From Opitutia bacterium KCR 482 (GTDB taxonomy: Bacteria; Verrucomicrobiota; Verrucomicrobiia; Opitutales; Intestinicryptomonadaceae): a stretch of 32,000 bases of DNA. Location: NCBI GenBank assembly GCA_029269845.2, contig CP149973.1, forward strand, positions 1,050,001 to 1,082,000, read 5' to 3'. Both the position numbers and the translations under genes were made by a program. This document shows positions 25,646 through 32,000 of the stretch, piece after piece (the first letter of the stretch is position 1; each line of letters starts with the position of its first letter). Below the pieces are notes generated by a model that made no database searches, was not told the origin of the DNA, and saw nothing but the letters and a program-made list of their open reading frames with translations.

Positions 25646-25674
25646 AAAACGCGCGGGAAACATGCCCCGCGCGT
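25641..25674 (-). terminator. Rho-independent terminator of the minus-strand prepilin-like gene; overlaps the rluA-family stop codon
   Basis: The minus strand reads ACGCGCGGG-gcatgttt-CCCGCGCGT followed by TTTTTTATTTT. Confidence 0.7.
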
Positions 25675-25694
25675 CGAAACGCATTTGCGCAAAA

Positions 25695-26039
25695 TCAGTA
25701 CTCGCGCTCGATTTTCCCGCCGAGCGGATTGTCCACCGAAACCTTGCCGCCGTCGGCGGAGATTTCGATTTTGTCGTACGACTCGCCCGCCACGGGGAGA
25801 AGCTCGCCTATGTATTTCGACGAGACGAGGGTCTTGTAGTCAACCGTTTTTACCGACTTGTCGACGACGTATTTCTGACCCGCGTGGACGATTTTCGAAA
25901 CGTTCGCCGAAATCGCGTCTTCGCGCACCGACTTGCGGATTTTAACCGCCGCGGGAACGAACACCGCCGCAATCAAACCGATTATCGCAAGAAACAGAAC
26001 CGCCTCTATGACGGAAAATCCCTTTTTCAAATTCTTCAT
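25695..26039 (-). CDS. Prepilin-type N-terminal cleavage/methylation domain protein (small pilin/pseudopilin-like)
   Basis: The start was moved to the ATG at 26039, giving MKNLKKGFSVIEAVLFLAIIGLIAAVFVP. This is a G/F cleavage site, Glu at +5 and a hydrophobic helix. The protein is 114 aa. Confidence 0.8.
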   Translation of the reverse strand: MKNLKKGFSVIEAVLFLAIIGLIAAVFVPAAVKIRKSVREDAISANVSKIVHAGQKYVVDKSVKTVDYKTLVSSKYIGELLPVAGESYDKIEISADGGKVSVDNPLGGKIEREY

Positions 26040-26164
26040 GCCTTTAAATGTCGGCAATTTTCTCCGAAAAATCAAGCATTAACGCAGGGCGCGGCGGCGG
26101 TCGGCGCGAAAATTTCCGATTTTTTTTGTTGAAGCCGCCGGTATAAAAAAACAAATTCAAACAC

Positions 26165-26581
26165 ATGAAAGAAAGAACCTTTGTAATTTTCAAACCCGAC
26201 TGCATCGAAAAACGCCTCGTTCCCGAAGTGCTCTCGAAATTCCTCAAATCTGGGCTGGACATCGCCGCGTGCAAAATGGTCAGGCTCGACGAGAAAATCC
26301 TCGAAGAACACTACGCGCACATCGTGGGCAAGCCCTACTACCCGCCGCTTGTGAAATTCATGATGCGCAGCCCCGTGATACTCGCGGTGCTCGAAGGCAC
26401 CGACGCGGTCGCAAAAGTCCGCAGGCTGCTCGGCCCGACGGACTCGTGCAAAGCCCCCGCGGGCACGATTCGCGGAGACTTCGGCGACGACACCCGCGAA
26501 AACATCGCCCACGCCTCCGACTCTCCCGAAAACGCGGAAATCGAAATCAAACGCTTCTTCAAGCCCGAAGAAATTTTCTAA
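26165..26581 (+). CDS. ndk: Nucleoside diphosphate kinase
   Basis: ERTFVIFKPD, GTIRGDFG and NIAHASDS, which carries the active-site His. 138 aa. Confidence 0.95.
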   Translation: MKERTFVIFKPDCIEKRLVPEVLSKFLKSGLDIAACKMVRLDEKILEEHYAHIVGKPYYPPLVKFMMRSPVILAVLEGTDAVAKVRRLLGPTDSCKAPAGTIRGDFGDDTRENIAHASDSPENAEIEIKRFFKPEEIF

Positions 26582-27222
26582 TGCCCGACCCTTTCGAAAA
26601 GCTCCCGAACCTTTCCGACGGCAAACGCGCAAAACTGCTTGAATTCGCCGCCCTCCTGCGCGAAGTCAACACAAAGGTGAACCTGCTTTCGCGCAAGGAT
26701 ATGGACGACGTCGAATATCGCCACGTGGCGTTCTGCGCGTCCATTTCGGAGTTTTTCAAACCCGCCGACGGCGCGAGAATCGCCGACGTAGGCTCTGGCG
26801 GCGGGCTTCCCGGAATCGTCATGGCTGTGCTCTACCCCAACGCGTTTGTCGAAATGTTCGACGGCGTGGGCAAGAAAATCGCGATGGTGAACGAAATGAT
26901 TTCAGCCCTCGGACTTTCCAACGCGTACGCGCACCACGCGCGAATCGAGGAATACAAAGACTCTTTCGACTACGCGACGGGGCGTTCGGTCTGCACGCTG
27001 CCGATGTTTTTCGGCTTCGTGAAAAAACGCCTCAAACGCGGGAGCAACGGCAACCTGAAAAACGGCGTAATCTACTTCAAGGGCGGCGAGTTTGAGCCCG
27101 AACTTGCCGCGCGGAAAATCCTGCCCGACGCCGAGCTTGACCTGCAAAAATTCTTCGGCGACGACCGCTTTGAGGGCAAGCGCATAGTCCACTTCCCGAC
27201 GGAGTCGGTGCTGAAAATTTAG
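26581..27222 (+). CDS. rsmG: 16S rRNA (guanine527-N7)-methyltransferase RsmG (GidB)
   Basis: The real start is the ATG at 26581 (MPDPFEKLPNLSDG), in a TAATG overlap with ndk. Motifs are TKVNLLSRKD and the SAM motif IADVGSGGGLPGIVMAV. The track ORF 26269.. is a false extension inside ndk. Confidence 0.85.
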   Translation: MPDPFEKLPNLSDGKRAKLLEFAALLREVNTKVNLLSRKDMDDVEYRHVAFCASISEFFKPADGARIADVGSGGGLPGIVMAVLYPNAFVEMFDGVGKKIAMVNEMISALGLSNAYAHHARIEEYKDSFDYATGRSVCTLPMFFGFVKKRLKRGSNGNLKNGVIYFKGGEFEPELAARKILPDAELDLQKFFGDDRFEGKRIVHFPTESVLKI

Positions 27223-27250
27223 CGCGGACGCGGCAAATTTCGGAGCGCAA

Positions 27251-27290
27251 AAACGCGCGGGTATAATTTTTCCCGCGCGTTTTAAATTTT
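27251..27290 (+). terminator. Rho-independent terminator after rsmG
   Basis: AAACGCGCGGG-tataattttt-CCCGCGCGTTT followed by TAAATTTT. Confidence 0.8.
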
Positions 27291-27448
27291 CCGACAGCGT
27301 ATGCGCGGCTCGTTCCGCAAAACAGCGCGCGGCAAACGCGACGTCGCAGAACGGATTTTTTCAACGCGCGGAAATTTTCAAAGCCGCCGACCGCGGCAAA
27401 AGAAACGCAAGCCGAATTTCGTTGCGGAACGCGCGGCGTTCGGCTTAG

Positions 27449-28138
27449 ATGGACGGCATGGACGCAAAGGAGCAGTTTGCAAAAATTTCGGCGCAGTACG
27501 ATTCGCAACGCCGAAACCTAATTCCCGATTTCGACGGATTCTACGGCGCGGCGGTGGACGCGCTCGAACTCCCCGCGAACGCGCGGGTAGCCGACCTCGG
27601 CGCGGGCACGGGAATACTCGCGGCGTTTGTCGCGCGGAAATTTCCCGACGCCGAATTGGAGCTTGTAGACATCTCCGACAAAATGCTCGACATCGCAAAA
27701 AAACGCTTTGAGGGCAACCCCCGCGCGTCGTTTGTTCTGTCCGACTTTGCGTCGTGGAAGCCGCGCGGCAAGTACACGGCGGTCGTCTCCGCGCTCGCAA
27801 TCCACCACATCGAAGACGGCGCGAAAAGGTCGCTCTACAAAAAAATCTTCGACGCCCTCGACGACGGCGGCGTGTTCGTCAACGCCGAGCAGATTCTTGG
27901 CGCGACTCCCCAAGCGGTCGAGAAAAACGCGGCGGCGCGTGAGGAAATCATGCAAAAATTCATGACGCCCGCCGAGACGGAAGTCGCGCGGGAACGCCTC
28001 AAATGCGACAGGTGCGCGACGCTTTCGGACAACCTCGAAATGCTCGCCGACGCGGGCTTTGCCGAAGTCGGCGCGCGCTTCGAAAACCTCGATTTTGCCG
28101 TGCTTTGCGCAAAAAAGTTCGTCTTGCAATCGGAATAA
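27449..28138 (+). CDS. Class I SAM-dependent methyltransferase, substrate unknown
   Basis: SAM-binding motif VADLGAGTGILAAF, acidic loop ELVDISDKML, and VSALAIHHI. The start could be 27449 or 27458. Confidence 0.8.
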   Translation: MDGMDAKEQFAKISAQYDSQRRNLIPDFDGFYGAAVDALELPANARVADLGAGTGILAAFVARKFPDAELELVDISDKMLDIAKKRFEGNPRASFVLSDFASWKPRGKYTAVVSALAIHHIEDGAKRSLYKKIFDALDDGGVFVNAEQILGATPQAVEKNAAAREEIMQKFMTPAETEVARERLKCDRCATLSDNLEMLADAGFAEVGARFENLDFAVLCAKKFVLQSE

Positions 28139-28158
28139 AAAAACCTAATCTGCGCTTT

Positions 28159-28497
28159 ATGAAAATGAAAATCACGCCGCTTATCGCAGCCGCAACCGCC
28201 ATAGTCGCGTCGCTGTGCGCATGCAAATCGACAACGACAATAGACCCCACTCCGCGCGACGTCACGGGGATTCTCAAATACACGGGCGCGACATACGCGC
28301 CGTTCCACGCGCCCGCGCCCTACAACTTCGCAATCTACAACGTCGACGGCCGCTTCATCGCGTATGTTGACACAACGCAAATCGTAATCCCCCAGCTCAA
28401 CACATACCGCGACAAGCTCGTGGAAATCAGGGGCGCGATTGTCAAGGACGACGGCGACACCGTCCTCCGCGCGGAATCAATGAAAATCAAACGCTAA
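28159..28497 (+). CDS. Small hypothetical lipoprotein
   Basis: The ATG at 28159 gives MKMKITPLIAAATAIVASLCACKS, a signal peptide with a lipobox-like LCAC. 112 aa. The track ORF 28003.. is an Arg-rich false extension. Confidence 0.65.
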   Translation: MKMKITPLIAAATAIVASLCACKSTTTIDPTPRDVTGILKYTGATYAPFHAPAPYNFAIYNVDGRFIAYVDTTQIVIPQLNTYRDKLVEIRGAIVKDDGDTVLRAESMKIKR

Positions 28498-28503
28498 TCA
28501 TTT

Positions 28504-29382
28504 ATGCCAAAAATTATCGACGGAAACGCGACGGCAAAAAGCATTCACGAAGAGCTTAAAGCCGAACTCGCAAACCTCAAATTCGGACGCCGCCCGTGCG
28601 TGGCGTTTATCCGCGTCGGCGAAGACCCCGCGTCGGTCTCGTACGTCAAGAAGAAGGAGCGCGTTGCCGGCGAAATCGGAATCGAAAGCCGCCTCCACAT
28701 TCTCCCCGAAGACACCAAGCAGGAAGACCTCAACGCGCTCATCGACAGGCTCAACAACGACGACGCCGTAGACGCAATTCTCATACAGGCGCCGCTTCCC
28801 AAACAGCTCAACGAGCGCGACACGTTCAACCGCGTCCGCGCCGACAAAGACGTTGACGGATTCAGCAACGCAAACCTCGGCTTCCTCTGTCAGGAAGACT
28901 CACGCGCGTTCGTGGCGTGCACGCCCGCGGGCATTATAGAGCTTCTCAAACGCGCCGAAGTACCCACAAAGGGCAAACGCGCGGTGGTAATCGGGCGCAG
29001 CCTCATCGTCGGCAAACCCATGGCTCTGCTGCTGATGAAAAAGGGCGCGGACGCAACCGTTACGGTCTGCCACTCGCGCAGCGAAAACATGAAGGAAATC
29101 TGCGCCCAGGCGGACATTCTCGTCGCGGCGGTGGGACGCCCCAACACGGTTTCCGCCGACATGGTAAAGGACGGCGCGTGCGTTATCGACGTAGGCATAA
29201 ACCGCGTGCCCTCGACGGAAACGAAGTCAGGGTACAGGCTTGTGGGCGACGTCGATTTCCAGAACGTCGCGCCGAAATGCTCGGCGATTACCCCCGTCCC
29301 CGGGGGAGTCGGACCGATGACGGTTGCGATGCTCATGAAGAACACGCTCGCCGCCTACAAACGCCACATGGGCGTGAAATAA
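28504..29382 (+). CDS. folD: Bifunctional methylenetetrahydrofolate dehydrogenase/methenyltetrahydrofolate cyclohydrolase
   Basis: [41 protein letters not shown] and [16 protein letters not shown]. Confidence 0.95.
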   Translation: MPKIIDGNATAKSIHEELKAELANLKFGRRPCVAFIRVGEDPASVSYVKKKERVAGEIGIESRLHILPEDTKQEDLNALIDRLNNDDAVDAILIQAPLPKQLNERDTFNRVRADKDVDGFSNANLGFLCQEDSRAFVACTPAGIIELLKRAEVPTKGKRAVVIGRSLIVGKPMALLLMKKGADATVTVCHSRSENMKEICAQADILVAAVGRPNTVSADMVKDGACVIDVGINRVPSTETKSGYRLVGDVDFQNVAPKCSAITPVPGGVGPMTVAMLMKNTLAAYKRHMGVK

Positions 29383-29429
29383 CGCAAAACAAGTTCAGAA
29401 TCCGCTCCGCCGCCGAACGCGGCGGGCGC

Positions 29430-29459
29430 AAAAAAAGCCCCGAATTTTCGGGGCTTTTT
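29430..29459. terminator. Bidirectional rho-independent terminator between convergent folD and oxidoreductase paralog 2
   Basis: AAAAAAA-GCCCCGAA-tt-TTCGGGGC-TTTTT. The A-run and T-run flanks let it work on both strands. Confidence 0.8.
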
Positions 29460-29474
29460 CGTTTGCGTTTGCGA

Positions 29475-30785
29475 TTACGCAAGCTCGTATTTTCCGGGGA
29501 CGGGAACGGAAACTTGGCGTTTTTCGAACTTCCATTCCTTCGGGGCGAGGCTTTCCTTCGACTTCGCCTCCATCCAGCCGTACTTGAACTTCTTGCCCGA
29601 GAACGCGCTCATGCGCCCCGCGATTGCAATCAGGTTCGAGCCCAGCAGGGTGTCGAGCGTGTTTACGCGGCGTCCGTTGCGGATTGCGTCGAGCAGGAAC
29701 TTGTGTTCGGCGACGTAGGGGTTTATGATTTCCTGCGTGTTGGCGTAGATTGTCTTGCCCTTGCGGTCGATGAATCTGCACCTGCCGCCCGATGTCACCA
29801 AAGTTGCTTTCGAGCCTACCACGCGCTCGCCGACTTCGCCCGAAGTCTTGCGCTCCTGACTGCACGAGCTCATGAGCCTTACGCCTTCGCCGAAGTCGTA
29901 GTCTACAACGCAGTGCGTGAACCTGTCGCCGTACTGGGGCGAGGGAAGGTCGGCGTCGGCGCTTCTGCCGCCCCACGCGCGGAGTTCCACGGGGAAGCGG
30001 TTGTCGCCCAACGCCCACATGATGACGTCGAGGTTGTGGACGTGCTGTTCGACGATTTGGTCTCCCGAAGTCCAGATAAACGCGCCCCACTTGCGGATTT
30101 GGTATTCGGTGGAGTCGAAGCCGAGGTCTTCCCAGCCCGTGTAGCCGCCGACGTAGTACGCGCCGTTCCAGTAGCACTGCGCGGCGAGGATTTCGCCGAT
30201 TTCGCCGTCGTGAATGCGCTTCATGACGTCCTGATACGCGGCGGAGTGGCGGCGCTGGTTGCCCGTTACAATGCACATTCCCTTTTCCTTCGCCTTCTTG
30301 GAAAGCTCCCTGATTTCGCGCGCCTGCGTGATGTCTACGCATGCGGGCTTTTCGAGGAACGCGTGCTTGCCCGCTTCGACGATTTGCGCGAAGTGCGGCG
30401 TGCGAAACACGGGCGGAGTGGCTTCAATAACCAAGTCTACGTCCTCTTTAAGGAGCTGTTCGCAGCAGTCCCAGCCCGTGAAAGTTTTTACGGTCGAGGG
30501 GTTGAAGATTTCGTCGGACTGCGCCTTGAATTTCTTGTCGCAGAAGTCCTTGATTTTCTTCTTGGCGTTGGGGAGCTTGTCGGCAAACAAGTCCGCCATC
30601 GCGACGACCTTTACGTTTTGGTCGGCCTCAATCATGTTGCATGTCGCGCCCGTGCCGCGGCCGCCGCAGCCGATAAGCCCCACCTTGATGCGGTCGCTGC
30701 CTTTGATTTGCGCGTAGCTGAAACGCGGCAGAGCCGCCGCCGCGCCGAGAATTGCCGATGTTTTTACAAAATCGCGTCTTTCCAT
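29475..30785 (-). CDS. Tat-exported Gfo/Idh/MocA family oxidoreductase (paralog 2)
   Basis: MERRDFVKTSAILGAAAALPRFSYA aligns with the paralog 1 signal. The ATG at 30785 is preferred over the TTG at 30794, with AGGAGA 11 nt upstream. Motifs are KVGLIGCGGRGTGA, GKHAFLEKPAC and EQHVHNLDVIMWALGDN. Confidence 0.9.
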   Translation of the reverse strand: MERRDFVKTSAILGAAAALPRFSYAQIKGSDRIKVGLIGCGGRGTGATCNMIEADQNVKVVAMADLFADKLPNAKKKIKDFCDKKFKAQSDEIFNPSTVKTFTGWDCCEQLLKEDVDLVIEATPPVFRTPHFAQIVEAGKHAFLEKPACVDITQAREIRELSKKAKEKGMCIVTGNQRRHSAAYQDVMKRIHDGEIGEILAAQCYWNGAYYVGGYTGWEDLGFDSTEYQIRKWGAFIWTSGDQIVEQHVHNLDVIMWALGDNRFPVELRAWGGRSADADLPSPQYGDRFTHCVVDYDFGEGVRLMSSCSQERKTSGEVGERVVGSKATLVTSGGRCRFIDRKGKTIYANTQEIINPYVAEHKFLLDAIRNGRRVNTLDTLLGSNLIAIAGRMSAFSGKKFKYGWMEAKSKESLAPKEWKFEKRQVSVPVPGKYELA

Positions 30786-30815
30786 AATTTTCAATTTCTC
30801 CTGATTTTTAATTTA

Positions 30816-32000
30816 TTAAACGAGTTTGTATTTTCCGGGAACGGGAACGCCGTTCCACGGCATGCGTTTGCCGAGTTCGATTTTTTCGGGGCAGAAGCTT
30901 TCCTGCGACTTCGCCAAAACCCAGTCGAACTTGAACTTCTTGCCGGAGTACGCGCTCATGCGGCCCGCGATTGCAAGGAGGGTCGAGTTTACAAGCTGGT
31001 TGATTTTGTTGACGTGTCTGCCTTCGCGGATTGCGTCGAGCAGGAATCTGTGCTCTTCCGACATGCACTCCTTTGCCTTTTCCTTGTCGCAGACCCAAAG
31101 CTTGTTGCCCTTGCGGTCGGAAATGTAGATTTGGCCGTAGAGGTTGGAGTACATAATGCCCTTTGTGCCGACGAGTCTTTCGCCGATTTCGCCCGACGAT
31201 TTCGGATCCTGCTGGCAGTAGCTTTGGAGGCGGAGGCCGTCGCCCATGTCGAAGTCCACCTCGAAGTTGCTGAAACGGTCGCCGTATGTCGGCGTGGGAA
31301 GGTCGGTGCTTCTGTTGCCCCAGCCGCGGACTTCAACAGGCTTGCGGTTGTCGCCCAACGCCCACATGATGACGTCGATATTGTGGACGTGCTGTTCGAC
31401 GATGTTGTCGCCCGAAGTCCAGATAAACGAGAACCAGTTGCGGATTTGGTATTCCATGGTGTCCCACGCAAGCTCCTCGTTTCTGTGGAAGCCGGGGCCG
31501 CCGACGTAGACGGGCGAATTCCAGTAGCACTGGGCGTTGACGATTTCGCCGATTTCGCCGTCCTGAACGCGCTTTACCATTTCCTGATAGCCCGAATAGT
31601 AGCGGCGTTGCGTGCCGCAGACTACGCACAGGCCCTTTTCGTCGGCCTTTTTGGAAAGTTCGAGCATTTTGCGGGCCTGAACCGCGTCGACGCACGGCGG
31701 CTTTTCGAGGAACGCGTGTTTACCCGCCGCCACGATTTTTTCGAAGTGCGGAGTGCGGAACACGGGCGGGCACGCGTCGATTACGACGTCGATGTCGGTC
31801 GCCAAAATTTCGTCGACGCAATTCAGACCGACGAAACGCTTTACCTTCGACATGTCCAAAATGCCCTTCGCGCTGTCGCCGAGCTTTTCGATGTGCTTTT
31901 GCACGCGGTCGAGAGCCTGCTGCGGCTTGTCCGCAAAAAGGTCGGCAACCGCCACGATTTCTATGTTCTGGTCGGCGGAAATCATGTTGCATAGCGCGCC
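30816..32000 (-). CDS. Gfo/Idh/MocA family oxidoreductase (paralog 3), N-terminus outside the window
   Basis: The frame stays open upstream of the first in-window ATG. Codons 32000..31986 read GALCN, matching GATCN of paralog 2. Motifs are GKHAFLEKPPC and EQHVHNIDVIMWALGDN. It lies in tandem, 31 nt from paralog 2. Confidence 0.9.
   Translation of the reverse strand, partial: GALCNMISADQNIEIVAVADLFADKPQQALDRVQKHIEKLGDSAKGILDMSKVKRFVGLNCVDEILATDIDVVIDACPPVFRTPHFEKIVAAGKHAFLEKPPCVDAVQARKMLELSKKADEKGLCVVCGTQRRYYSGYQEMVKRVQDGEIGEIVNAQCYWNSPVYVGGPGFHRNEELAWDTMEYQIRNWFSFIWTSGDNIVEQHVHNIDVIMWALGDNRKPVEVRGWGNRSTDLPTPTYGDRFSNFEVDFDMGDGLRLQSYCQQDPKSSGEIGERLVGTKGIMYSNLYGQIYISDRKGNKLWVCDKEKAKECMSEEHRFLLDAIREGRHVNKINQLVNSTLLAIAGRMSAYSGKKFKFDWVLAKSQESFCPEKIELGKRMPWNGVPVPGKYKLV

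Noticed and set aside
27301-27711. A 136-aa ORF filling the rsmG-methyltransferase spacer
   Set aside because: It is extremely Arg-rich, runs out of frame into the well-supported methyltransferase gene, and has no motif.
30001-30107. A roughly 107-nt stretch nearly identical between tandem paralogs 2 and 3 (partner at 31348-31454), suggesting gene conversion
   Set aside because: The more divergent paralog 1 shares an identical 27-nt core, gaacagcacgtccacaacctcgacgtc (11412-11438 versus the reverse complement of 30024-30050). Strong codon bias on an invariant active-site peptide (EQHVHNLDV..) is therefore enough to explain it. Formal conversion tests such as GENECONV would be needed.
28917-31994. 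A 1025-aa ORF on the plus strand, the longest ORF in the window
   Set aside because: It runs antisense to the two well-supported Gfo/Idh/MocA genes and out of frame through the end of folD. Its translation is Arg/Ala/Val/Gly-rich with no recognisable motif. This is the typical open antisense frame of GC-rich DNA.

Overview
GC-rich, gene-dense chromosomal window with about 30 protein genes. I saw no rRNA, tRNA, CRISPR array, transposase or integrase. Most genes are housekeeping: ppk1, valS, lysS-lolC/E-lolD, dapA-dapB, ruvA-apbC-(clpX-like)-ubiE-(rluA family), ndk-rsmG and folD. Envelope and glycan-use genes are interspersed: two PEP-CTERM surface proteins, a GH35 beta-galactosidase lipoprotein, an orphan prepilin-like gene, a Tat-exported Hyi-like TIM-barrel enzyme, and three paralogous Tat-exported Gfo/Idh/MocA oxidoreductases (one next to the TIM barrel, two in tandem at the right edge). 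A Tat-exported protein at the left edge is missing from the ORF track because it has no stop codon in the window. This gene mix suggests a PVC-group bacterium (Verrucomicrobiota/Lentisphaerota/Kiritimatiellota-like), but that is inference only. The GC-rich sequence produces many long antisense or out-of-frame ORFs (up to 1025 aa) and false N-terminal extensions, so I re-picked several starts. The most unusual locus is 12.0-13.6 kb. A lone, visibly lower-GC, class-II-type Fic gene lies next to a 412-bp very AT-rich spacer. That spacer holds three tandem units in exact 71-bp phase, packed with TTTGY/RCAAA palindromes and promoter-like hexamers. Other items worth a second look are a zinc-finger-less ClpX-like AAA+ protein with a long C-terminal extension, the Tat-exported TIM-barrel/oxidoreductase pair, and shared upstream motifs in front of both PEP-CTERM genes. 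All functional calls rest on motifs I recognised in the translations; no database search was possible.
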